Shown piece after piece: positions 46,981 to 58,966 of a stretch of DNA of 64,000 bases. The DNA is taken from positions 34,785 through 98,784 of the forward strand of contig CAWEPM010000020.1 in assembly GCA_963810895.1 (NCBI GenBank), read 5' to 3'. How positions within the stretch are numbered: the first letter of the stretch is position 1; each line of letters starts with the position of its first letter. The position numbers were made by a program, and so were the translations under genes. A model generated the notes under the pieces. It saw only the letters and a list, made by a program, of their open reading frames with translations, ran no database searches and was not told the DNA's origin. Origin of the DNA: an uncultured Actinomycetota bacterium. GTDB taxonomy: Bacteria > Actinomycetota > Actinomycetes > Actinomycetales > Micrococcaceae.

Positions 46981-47499
46981 AGGAGTAATTCACGAGAGAA
47001 CCATGAAAACCACCACCACCACCCCAAAGGAGCAACAGCGACAGATCCAGGTTCATATTCTTGGAAATTGCTTCTTATAAAAGATGCTCGCGTCCACTAT
47101 GTAGTTCTCAAACAACAACCCCGTACCACACACCCCACACACCAGCCCCCGCAAAGGGACCAACCGTGTGATCGGTGCAGCCAGGAAACCAGAAACAGCC
47201 GTCCCACACCACGCACCACGCACCCTCCCCGAAGGAAGAGCAACGCGGCCGCGCCGTGGTCCTGTTGTCTCAGGACCCAACAGTGTGCCAAACACTAAAC
47301 CGCTGATCACCTCTCCCGCACCGTTCCAGGACACTCTCAAGAGAGCATCCGTACTGGGTGCCGGTGAAGAACCGGCGGCCGCTATTTGTTGATATTCCAC
47401 CCGTGAGCACCCGCCGCAGAACAAGCGTCTGCGCAACGGGCGTACTCCTGACAACCCCTCCACACCCGCATACACGGGGCAGGGTGATTGTGAGGTGCT

Positions 47500-49034
<1,535 letters not shown>

Positions 49035-49261
49035 AAAAACAGACACAACCATGGAACCCCGGGAAAACGGGACACCAGGCTGCACAAAATTTGAAACCAG
49101 CCAAAAACACCAGACCACACCACGGGGTGGCGGATCCGGCACATTCAACCAATCCAATACAATAAATTGGTATCAACAAACTTGGCACACTATTGAGTTC
49201 TCAAACAACAGACACACCCGGCACCACCACAACCACCATTCGGTCGCGGATCGCTCCGGAG

Positions 49262-49300
49262 CAACTTTTCAAACTTACCCGATCTCGGGAGTCTTTGCAA
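49262..49300 (-). promoter_or_regulatory. candidate rrn promoter (TTGCAA-N17-TAAGTT)
   Basis: On the minus strand, ttgcaaagactcccgagatcgggtaagttt sits about 230 nt upstream of the 16S 5' end, an A/T-rich leader in an otherwise GC-rich genome. Confidence 0.3.
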
Positions 49301-49601
49301 ATTCGCATTTCTGCGATTTACATTCTCCAAGAAGGTCCCCACCCTTATTTGGCACGCTAATCTGCGAACCATTTTCAGGCTGTTTAGAAGGGGGTCGGTC
49401 GCTTTCTTTCCGCATCAGCGGCGGCGACTCGAATTACTTTACACGCCGGGAGGACCCGGCACAAATCGGCCCTCCGAGGGGTCCCTTGGCGTCATAATCC
49501 CCGGATCCGCGCGGAATCCGGCCGCCCCAGCCGCCCCCAGGGGCCAGCGGGCCGGCGTCGGACTTCTATGGAGTGGGTCACACCGGTCTTGTCGGGGCCA
49601 A

Positions 49602-50886
49602 CTACCTGTCCTCCAGCAGCGCCTGCACCTCGAGCAGGAACTTCAGGCCGCCGTCGGTCAGTTCCTTCTCCCTGAGAAGGAAGCGCGGGGCGGGGACCGT
49701 GAGCTGGAGGCAGTCCAGGGACTGGCGCACGGTGCGGTCGATGTCCCACGCCCACTGCTCCGGAATCGGGTCGCCGGAGCGGTTGACGAAGCCGGAGGCC
49801 TCGAGCGCACTGAGAATGACCTCGCCGCGCAGGGTGTAGGACGGGGCAAGTCCCTGGACCAGCCAGTGCGCCGCAAGCCTGGTCATGAGCTTCACGGCGT
49901 CGTTCTCCGGGGCTCCGATCGTCCGCACCATGAAGTCCCAGAGTTCGTCGGGTTCGTCCAGGCCGATTTTGCCCATCGGACCGAGCACCATCCTGCCGTT
50001 GCGCTTGCGCAGCAGCTTCCAGTCCAGCAGGTGCAGGCGGAGGTTGAGCACGTCCTTGGCGTTGAGTTCGCGGTTGCCTTTGCCCATGATTTCGTCGTGC
50101 CAGCCGAGCTCATCCAGCGTGCGCCGGACCATCGCCGGCTTCAGGTAGCCATCCTTCGTCAGCTCCAGCCCCTCCCCCGCCGAGTTTTCCAGGAACCACA
50201 TGATGGGTCGGAGTACGGCGTCCCGCTCGGCCGGGGTGACGGGCCGCGGCCACAGCTGCAGGCTGAGCCGCCCAAGCCTCCGGTTGACGGCGTCAAGGTC
50301 GAAGGCGCCGACGTCGAACTCCCCGGCGCGTTCACCGGTGACCTCCGAATACCAGGTGGCGGCGTCGTAAAACTCCGGGTGTTTCTCGTCCGCGAGGACC
50401 TCCGCCAGCCGCCGGTAGCCGCCCGGACCGCCGGAGTCCTCCACGGGACCGCGGTTGGCACCCTCCACACACGTGATGGTCCCCTCCGGGACCATTGCGG
50501 GACCCACCAGCTCGACCTTGTGCGTCCAGGAGTCGCCAAAGTCGTATTCGTACTCAAAGTCAGCGGGTCCGGCCCCCTGAGCGTCGATCAGTTCAAAGAG
50601 GACGACGCCGGAAGCCGGCTCCGCGTCGACGTCCTCGGCCGCTTCGTCGGGGCCAACGATCACGCGCGGCTCGCCGTTGCGGTCGAGGCACCGGATGCCG
50701 TAGAGGTGGCGGTCCTGCCACCCGAAGGCGCACTGGATGGCGTCGTGGAACTGCGGCACGGTGATTGTTTCCGGCAGGAGGAGACGCCGCCAAATCTCGG
50801 GCTCGGTGCCCGCGATGCTGATGCGCAGGTCAAAGGCAGGGACTGTGCTGGGGAGGGCCGGACCCGCTGGGTGCATGCTGGTCATT
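49602..50886 (-). CDS. plasmid pRiA4b ORF-3-like family protein
   Basis: N-terminal region IWRRLLLPETITVPQFHDAIQCAFGWQDRHLYGI matches the PRiA4_ORF3 signature. Start chosen at MTSMHPAG; the ORF's 5' extension overlaps the rrn leader. Confidence 0.6.
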
Positions 50887-51157
50887 GTGCCAGAGCCGCG
50901 GCGGCCCATCCCGGATTCGGGCCCGGATGCAAGGCGACGTCGATATCTTGACTGGGCAAACAACCCCTGTCCCGGCCGCGCCCGAGCGACTAACATGCAG
51001 CAGTACCGGTGTGGTTGCCGCCGGTGTTGCTGTTTACTGCTGGACTTCACGGGAACGCCGTCCGAGCGCCGTTCCCTTTCGTGATGACCGGGCTGGTTGA
51101 GGTCTGGACGGTCGGACCTCGATTAAGCACAGGCGGGTTAAGGCTTGAGGAGGACGT

Positions 51158-52347
51158 GATGTCGAATTTCCTCTTCGCCACGCTCGACGCCGGCGGCAAC
51201 CTTTCCCCGGCCCTGGGCATCGGCCGCGAGCTGCTGCGGCAAGGACACCGGGTCCGCTTCCTCGGGCACGCCCGGCAGGCGGCGGAGGTGGAGGCCGCCG
51301 GCGCCGAATTCGTCCCGTACCGCCATGCGGCCCCGCTGGATCCGGCCGTTGCCGCTCCGGCGCACCGGCAGTTCGCGGCCATGCTGAACGTGTTCAGCGA
51401 CGCCGGCATCGGCCGGGACCTCGTGGAGGAGGCACGGCGCGAGCCGCCCGACGTCGTCGTCGTCGATTGCCTGCTCCTGGGCGCGATCGATGCCGCCGCG
51501 AAGGCCGGGCTGCCGCAGGTGGTCTTGGTGCACAGCTTCTTCGCGTACTTCGACGGCCCGTTCCGGCATGGTCCCATGGGCGCCGCGCTCTCGCTCAAGG
51601 GGCTGCCGCCGCGCCGCGTGATGGGGCGGGCGGAACGGGTTTTGGTCTGCGCGGACCCGTTGCTGGATCCGGCCGGCTCCTGGGACAGCGTCTCCTGGGA
51701 TAGCGACCCGGACAGGGTGGTGTGGTCCGGGGCCGTGGTGGATGACGTCGTCCCGGCTCGAGCTACCGCCGGCTCCGGGCTCCCGGCGCCGGACTCGCCG
51801 GCGACTCGGCGCGGCCGCCGGGCCGCCGCCGCGGGTCCTGGCGAGCCTGAGCACCACGGCGTTTCCCGGGCAGCAGGAGGTGCTGCAGAAGATCCTGGAC
51901 GCGGCGTCCGGATTGCCTGTGGAACTGGTCGTGACCACGGGCGCGGTGGATCCGGCGAGCCTGTCCGCGCCGGCGAACGCCTCGGTGCACCGCTACGTGG
52001 ACCACAACCAGATCATGCCGGGCTGCAGCGCGGTCATCAGCCACGGCGGGCACTCCACCTCCATGCGCGCGCTGGCCCACGGCCTGCCGGTCATGGTCCT
52101 GCCGATGCACCCCATGATGGACCAGCACATGGTCGGCAAGGCCATCAGCAATGCGGGGGCCGGCGTGCTCCTGAACCGCAAGTCGTCGCCGGATCAGATC
52201 GGCGCCGCCCTCACGGCCCTCCTGGCGTCGGAGAGCCAGCGCAAGGCCGCAGCGTACATCGGCGCCCGCCTCCGCAAGGCCGACGGCGCCCGGGCAGGTG
52301 CTCAGGTTCTCGCCGACCTTGCCGGTCTCGCCAGCCTGGCCGGGTGA
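51158..52347 (+). CDS. GT1-family (MGT/UDP-glycosyltransferase-like) glycosyltransferase, frameshifted near 51800
   Basis: N-terminal half MSNFLFATLDAGGNLSPALGIGRELLRQGHRV... and the C-terminal UDPGT-like part (ORF 51742-52347, HGGHSTSMRALAHGLPVMVLP..DQ) lie in different frames. Confidence 0.7.
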
Positions 52348-52452
52348 GCTTGCCGCAGCCTCTGTCCCGGCGTCGGCCGCAGGACTAAGATTCCAGCTGC
52401 ACCGATGGGATTGCCACCGTGCGGAAACCGTTGCGTGGAAGGACATCTGTCA

Positions 52453-52799
52453 TGGAATGCATAACGTGGTTCGCGCCGATCCTGCCCGGGAAACTGGAGG
52501 CGTGGAAAGCACTGGGCGCCGAGATGACCGGGGCTCGCGCCGCAGACCACAAACGCTCGCGCGAGCGCATGGGCATGACGCGGGAGGTCGCCAGCCTCGT
52601 GCAGACGCCGCAAGGGGACTTCGTCTGCCTGTACCACGAGGCCGAGGACCTGACCAAGGCGTTCCAGTCCCTCGCGACCTCGGACGATCCCTATGACGTG
52701 TGGTTCCGCGAGCAACTCGTGGACCTTCACGGCCTGACGCAGGAGATGCTGCAGGGCCCTCCCCCGGCCCAGCTGATGTTCGACTACAAGGCAGGCTGA
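52453..52799 (+). CDS. hypothetical small protein (115 aa)
   Basis: Clean ORF with ATG at 52453. No recognisable motif. Confidence 0.4.
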
Positions 52800-52824
52800 T
52801 CGGCGGCCGGCGCTCTGAGCGCCT

Positions 52825-52990
52825 ATCAGTTCGACAGTACGACGCCGGAGGCCGGCTCCGCGTCAACTGTCATCACCCGCCTCGTCGGGGCCAACGATCA
52901 CGCGCGGCTCGCCGCTGCGGCTGAGGCTCGGCATGCCGTCGAGGCGGAAGTCCTCCCAGGGCCAGCCGATGACCGCCTCAGGAACGTCCA
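52825..52990 (-). pseudogene. truncated fragment of a PRiA4_ORF3-like paralog
   Basis: About 150 nt show roughly 75% identity to 50590-50735 inside the intact gene (shared ...GEPRVIVGPDEA... coding segment). Both the N- and C-terminal parts of the gene are absent. Confidence 0.5.
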
Positions 52991-53040
52991 GCCTCTTACC
53001 CGGTGACCGAAGCGTTGCTACGGTTTTTACGGAGGCTGGC

Positions 53041-53307
53041 ATGACAACAATTCCGCACCGCGAACTTCGCAATCAGAGCAGCAAAATTCTTGAGCGGGTG
53101 AAGAACGGCGAAACCATTGAGGTGACAAACAACGGGGAAGTCGCCGCCGTTCTCATCCCACCGTCCTCTTCCCCGTTCGAGCGGCTGCTTTTGGCAGGAC
53201 AGATCCGGCCGGCCTCTGCGGAGGCCGTTGATTTTCAGTCCCTGCCGCGGGTCAGTTCAGCGACCATGACCGCGGAGATCCTGGCCGATGTTCGCGGGGA
53301 CCGTTGA
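53041..53307 (+). CDS. Phd/YefM-family type II antitoxin
   Basis: 88 aa, MTTIPHRELRNQSSKILERVKNGETIEVTNNGEVAAVLIP, a canonical Phd/YefM N-terminus, with GGAGG RBS upstream. Confidence 0.8.
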   Translation: MTTIPHRELRNQSSKILERVKNGETIEVTNNGEVAAVLIPPSSSPFERLLLAGQIRPASAEAVDFQSLPRVSSATMTAEILADVRGDR

Positions 53308-53384
53308 TCCTCTACGTGGACACGTCGGCGGCCAAGGGGCACCGGGGTTACTCCGCCGGATGTCTGTGGTCGAATGTACTTTAG
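53304..53384 (+). pseudogene. remnant of PIN-domain (VapC-like) toxin gene, 26 codons then stop
   Basis: TTG overlapping the antitoxin stop (cgTTGAtcc) opens LILYVDTSAAKGHRGYSAGCLWSNVL*. LILYVDTSA is the classic VapC N-terminus carrying the first catalytic Asp; the rest of the gene is missing. Confidence 0.45.
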
Positions 53385-53479
53385 GACCAACGGCAAGGCA
53401 CGCTCACCCCTTACCAGAGAACGCTGAACGAAAGCACGCCGCACAAGAGCATCACGCAAGAAATCACCGCAGGGACACG

Positions 53480-54923
53480 ATGGACTACTACGCAATCAAT
53501 GCACTGCGTGAGAACCACGCAGGCTGGTCGCTCCTGCGCGCGCAGAATGCTCCGCTCGCCGTCTCCTTCTTCATCAAGGCCTTCACCGGGCCCAACCAGC
53601 GGGACATCGGCCGCCAGGAACTCATCGACCACCTTGACGACGTCCTGTTCGGGCTCCGGGATGCATATGGTGAGGACAAGTTCCCGCGCCCGGCCGCCGA
53701 ATACCTGGACGACTGGGCCGCGCCCGAGCGGGCCTGGCTCCGCAAATACTACGTGCCCGGCCAGGACGAGCCCCGTTACGATCTCACCGCCGCGTCAGAA
53801 GATGTGGTGCGCTGGGTGGAGAGCCTGCGTGGCCGCGACTTCGTGGCCACCCAGTCACGGCTGACCAGCATCTTCGCCGTACTCAAGGCCCTGGTCCAGC
53901 AGTCCGAAACGGACCCGGAAGTCCGGCTCGCCGAGCTCCAGCGCCAGCGCGACGGGATCGACGCCGAAATGCAGCGGATCCGGGACGGCCACGTCAAGGT
54001 GATGAGCGGCCCCGAAGCCCTGGACCACTTCCAGCAGCTCACCACCCTGGCCAAGGACCTGCTGGCGGACTTCCGCGAAGTCGAACAGAACTTCCGCAAG
54101 CTGGACCGGCAGGTCCGTGAACAGATCGCCACGTGGGACGGCACCCAGGGCGAGCTGCTGGCCTCGATTTTCGCCAACCAGCAGGACATCAGCGGCTCAC
54201 TGCAGGGCCGCACGTTCCAAGGGCTTCTGGGACTACCTCATGTCCCCGCAGCTTCGCACCGAACTGCGGGACCTGCTCCAGCGGGCCACCCAGGTCGAGG
54301 CTCTGGCGAAGCTGGACAACCTCCAGGCCGTGACCAACCTCCACCAGGACTGGCTGCCCGCCGTCGAGCAGACCCAGGCGACGGTGCGCCAGCTGTCGCA
54401 GCAGATGCGCCGCCTCCTCGACGACAAGGTCTTCCTGGAGAACAAGCGGATCATGCAGCTGGTGCGGAGCATCGAAGCCGGCGCCCTCGCAACACGCAAC
54501 GAAACGCCGCCCGGCGTCTTCATGGAGATCGCGGCCCAGTCCGTCGACGTCGCGCTCCCTTTCGAACGTCCCCTGTATGAGCCCAGCCGGCGGACGATGG
54601 TGGACGACGTCGTCACCACCGCCGACGACGCCGAAGTGGACGCCGGCGCCCTCTTCAGCCAATTCCACGTGGACACCGAGCGGCTGAAGTCCAACATCGA
54701 GGACGTCCTCGCCGGAGCCGAACAGGCCACGCTGGGCGACGTCACCGATGCCCACCCGATCTCCCAGGGGCTCGCCGAGATCGTGGCCTACTTCCAGCTG
54801 GCCACCGAATCGGACTGGGCCGCCATCAACCCGGACCAGGCCCAGCACTTGTCCTGGCAGCTCCAGGACGGCAGCACCCGGGAAGCCACAGTCGACCAGA
54901 TCATCTTCGTGAGGCCAGCATGA
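53480..54923 (+). CDS. jetA: Wadjet JetA / MksF-like kleisin-type subunit (DUF3375 family), one frameshift near 54225
   Basis: N-terminus MDYYAINALRENHAGWSLLRAQNAPLAVSFFIKAF... and downstream RLAELQRQRDGIDAEMQRIRDG...FREVEQNFRKLDRQVRE match the DUF3375 pattern. The C-terminal part continues in ORF 54117-54923 after a GGG-run shift. Confidence 0.75.
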
Positions 54924-55007
54924 ACCCCGCCGACCCCCGAAACGCACGCACCGGAAACGCACGCGCCCGAGGAGCTTCCCGGCGTCGTCACCAAGCTGTT
55001 CAAGGGC

Positions 55008-55550
55008 GTGGTCTACGCCGAGTCGGATGAGAAGGCCTGGCAGTCGCTGCTGGGCTTGTCCTCCCACGTCCGCGACTACGTGGCCGTCCTGGGCCTGGAC
55101 CTGATCCTCGACGAGTCCGAAGGCTACGCGTTCCTGAAGTCGCGCGAGGACCCGGACGGCACCCTGCCGCGGCTGATCCCCCGCCGCCCGCTCACCTTCA
55201 ACGTCAGCCTCCTTCTGGCCCTGCTGCGCGGCCGGATGCTCGAATTCGACACGAACAGCAGCGAGCTCCGCCTCATCATGACCGAGCAGGACATCGCGGA
55301 CATGGTCGCCGTCTTCCTGCCCGAGTCCAGCAACGAGGCGAGGATCCTGGATCAGCTCGCCACCGAACATCAAGAAAGTGGTGGAACTCGGCTTCCTCCG
55401 GAAACTGCGCGGCCAGACCGGCACCTACGAGGTCGCCCGCATCCTCAAGGCCTACGTCGATGCCCAATGGCTGGAGGAATTCGACGCGCGGCTGGCAGAT
55501 TACCGGCAGTCCCTCACCGGAGCCGGGCCGACGGAAGCGAGCCACCCATG
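55008..55550 (+). CDS. jetB: Wadjet JetB / MksE-like subunit (DUF4194 family), one frameshift near 55375
   Basis: VVYAESDEKAWQSLLGLSSHVRDYVAVLGLDLILDESEGYAFLK...RLIPRRPLTFNVSLLLALLR and, after the shift, FLRKLRGQTGTYEVARILKAYVDAQWLEEFDARLADYR. Start may instead be the ATG at 54919 overlapping the jetA stop. Confidence 0.7.
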
Positions 55551-58500
55551 ACCACCGAACTCATGAACAGCGGGACTGACAGACCAGCAGGACACGCTTT
55601 TCAGCCTGGATGAAAAAGCGGACGACGCCGGCACTCCCCCGGGCTTTCGGCTGCACCGCCTGGAGCTGCTCAATTGGGGCACCTTCCACCAGGAGGTCCG
55701 GACCTTCCGGCTGGACGGATCCAACAGCCTGCTGACCGGCGACATCGGCTCCGGCAAGTCCACCGTGGTGGATGCCATCACCACGCTGCTGCTGCCGGCC
55801 AACAGGATCGAGTACAACAAGGCCGCGGGCGCGCAGAAGAAGGAACGCACCCTGATGTCCTATGTGCGGGGGTTCCATAAGAGCACCCGCAGCACGGGCG
55901 GTGAGTACTCCAAGCCGGTGGCACTGCGCGGAACGGGCAAACTCACGGTGGTGCTCGGCGTCTTCCACAACGCCGTCCTGGGCAAGTCCGTCACCCTGGC
56001 CATCACCCTGTGGGCCACCCAGGAGGCAGGGCAGCCGAACCGTTTCTATTCGCTCATGGAGGCCGAGCAGTCCATCGCCGCGGACTTCGCCAACTTCGGC
56101 CAGGACCCTGCGAAGCTGAAGAAGCAGCTCCGGGCTGCCGGCGCGTCCGTCCATGACACTTTCGAGCCGTACGCGGCGGCGTTCAAGCGGCAGTTCGGTA
56201 TCAGCGGCAACCAGGCCATGGAGCTCTTCCACCGCACGGTGTCCATGAAGCAGGTGGAGAACATCACCAACTTCGTGCGCACCAACATGCTCGAAGAGGA
56301 CGACGTCCAGGCCCGGATCGGCAACCTCATCCACCACTTCGACGACCTCAAGAAGGCCCACGACGCCGTCCTCCGCGCCAAGGACCAGATCGCCCTGCTG
56401 ACCCCCATCACCCAGAGCGCCGCCCAGCATGCCGGCCTGAGCACCGAGGACGAATTCGCGCGCCGGCAGCGGGACCAGCTGCACCCGTGGTTCACCGGAC
56501 AAAAACTGCAGCTCAGCCTCGAGCACCAGACGGAACTGCACAGCACCGGAACCCGGCTGCAGGAGGACGCCGGCGAAGCTGGCCGCCGAGATCACCCAGC
56601 TGCGCCTCGACCTCGCCGCCGTCAAGGACGATATCCGCAGCAACGGCGGCGGACGTCTGGCATCCATCGAGGCCGAGGCTGCGCGGCTGGGCGAGGAATC
56701 GCGGCAGCAGCGGGCCCGGTTCGAAAAATACGCCGAAGCCGCCGCGGATCTGGGCCTGCAGGCCCCGGCCGACCGGGTCCTCTTCGACGCCAACCGGGCG
56801 CGGCTCGCCGAGGTCGAACAGGACCTCGCCACCCAGGCCGACGGGCTGCAGGACCGCCGCACCGAGCTGACCATGACGCGCACAGCGCTCACCGGCCGCG
56901 CCGACGACATCGCCGCGGAGCTGACCAGCCTGCAGTCCCGCCCCAATCTCCTGCCGCGCCCGCAGCTCGAGCTCCGCCGCCGGTTGTGCGACGGGACCGG
57001 CATCCGGGAGTCGGAGCTGCCGTACGCCGGCGAGCTGCTGCGGGTCCGTGACGGCGAAGGGGCGTGGGAGGGCGCCGCCGAACGCACGCTGCGCGGCTTT
57101 GCCCTGTCGCTGCTGGTGCCGGCGGAACACTATGCCGCCGTGAGCGGCTGGGTGGACGGTAACAACCTGCGCGGCCGGCTGGTGTACCTGAAGATCGGCG
57201 AATCCCACGCGCCAAGGCCGGCGGAGGCCGGGACCCTGGCCGCGAAAATTGCCATCAAGCAGGGCACGCCGTTCCGCGACTTCCTGCTCGATGAACTCGG
57301 CAGCCGCTTCGACTATTTCTGCTGCGACACCCTGGAGGACTTCCGCCGCCGTTCCAAGGCGCTCACCGCCAACGGGCAGCTCAAGGGCGGGCGCGGACGG
57401 CACGAGAAGGACGACCGCCAGGACCTGTCGGACCGCCGCAACTATGTCCTGGGCTGGGACAACCACGACAAAATCAGCCGCTTCCGCGCCGAGCACGACG
57501 ACGTCCAGGGCGAGCTCAGCGTCGTCGCAGGCCAGCTGGCCCGGGTCAACGAATCCCTGGGCGCCATTGGCCGGCAGAACCGGCAGCTGGGCATCATCGG
57601 CTCGGTGCCGGACTTCGCCGAGATCAGCTGGCAGCTCACCGCACGCCGGATCGAGGACCTCAACCAGGAGAAGCGCCAGCTGGAGTCCACCAGCGATGTG
57701 CTGCGGCAACTGACGGCCAAAGAGGCCGAGGTCTCCGGACGGCTGACGCGCCTCGAGACCCGGGCGGACGACATCCAGCGCCGGATCGGGTCCAACGAGA
57801 ACGCCGCCAAGGACATCGCCGAGGCGATCGCGGACTGCCGCGACGTCCTGCAGGCTGCGCCGTTGACGGACGACGCCGGCGTGCTGGCCGCCGTCGCCCG
57901 GCTTGCCGGCGCGGAACTCGCCGGGAAGCCGCTCACCTACAAGAACACCGGAACCGTGGAAAGCGCGGTCCGCTCCGGGCTGACGGACACCATCGACGCC
58001 CTGGCCAAGCAGATCGCCCGCGCGGCCGAGAAGACCGTCCGGCTCATGGCCGAATTCCGCAACAAATACCCGAACGAGACCACGGAGATCGACGCCGCCC
58101 TGGAGTCGGCCGGGGACTTCGGCAAGCTGCTCGAGGAGCTCGTCAGCAACGATCTCCCCCGTTTTGAGGCGCACTTCAAGGAGTCCCTGAACCAGAACAC
58201 CATCCACGAGGTGGTGGCGTTCAACGCGTTCCTGGACAGCCGCAGGCAGGACATCGCGAACCGCATCGGCGAAATCAACCTCTCCCTGGCCGGGATCGAG
58301 TACAACTCCGGCCGGCATATCCAGCTGGAGCACCAGAACAGCACAGACCTGGACGTGCGCCAGTTCGGGATAGACCTGCGGGCCTGTTCGGAGGGGACCA
58401 TCGGGGACGATGACCAGTACTCCGAGCAGAAGTACCTGCAGGTCGCGCGGCTGATCGAACGGTTCCGCGGCCGCGACGGCTTCACCGCCCTCGATGAACG

Positions 58501-58966
58501 CTGGACCGCCAAGGTCACGGACGTGCGCAACTGGTTCACCTTCTCCGCCTCGGAGAAATGGACCGAGACCGGCGAAGAGTTCGAGCACTTCACCGACTCC
58601 GGCGGCAAGTCCGGCGGCCAGAAAGAGAAGCTTGCCTACACCATTCTCGCCGCCGCCCTGGCGTTCCAGTTCGGGCTCGCGTCCGGAAAGGGCGCAGGCC
58701 GGAACGCCGGCAGCGGGCGCAGTTTCCGCTTCGTGGTGATCGACGAGGCGTTCGGCCGCGGCTCCGATGAGTCCGCGCGGTACGGTCTGGAACTGTTCCA
58801 GCGGATGAAGCTCCAGCTGCTGATCGTCACTCCCCTGCAGAAGATCCATGTGATCGAGCCGTTCGTGGCCCACGTGGGCTTCGTGGCCAACACCAACGGC
58901 AATGATTCCCAGCTGCGGAACATGACCATCCAGGAGTACCGGGCGGAGAGGGACCGCCGTGCCTAA
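55548..58966 (+). CDS. jetC: Wadjet JetC / MksB-like SMC-family ATPase (about 1140 aa), two frameshifts (near 55570 and near 56578)
   Basis: ATG overlaps the jetB stop (ccATGAcc). N-terminal FRLHRLELLNWGTFH and Walker A GDIGSGKST, a long coiled-coil middle, and C-terminal Walker B/D-loop FRFVVIDEAFGRGSDES...LQLLIVTPLQK. Confidence 0.8.

Noticed and set aside
54919-54990. Direct repeat gaaacgcacgcaccggaaacgcacgcgccc at the jetA/jetB junction, considered as a source of the jetB start ambiguity
   Set aside because: Removing one repeat copy does not restore a longer in-frame JetB from the ATG at 54919, so it could not be shown to be a duplication-derived frameshift. It is left as a note under jetB.
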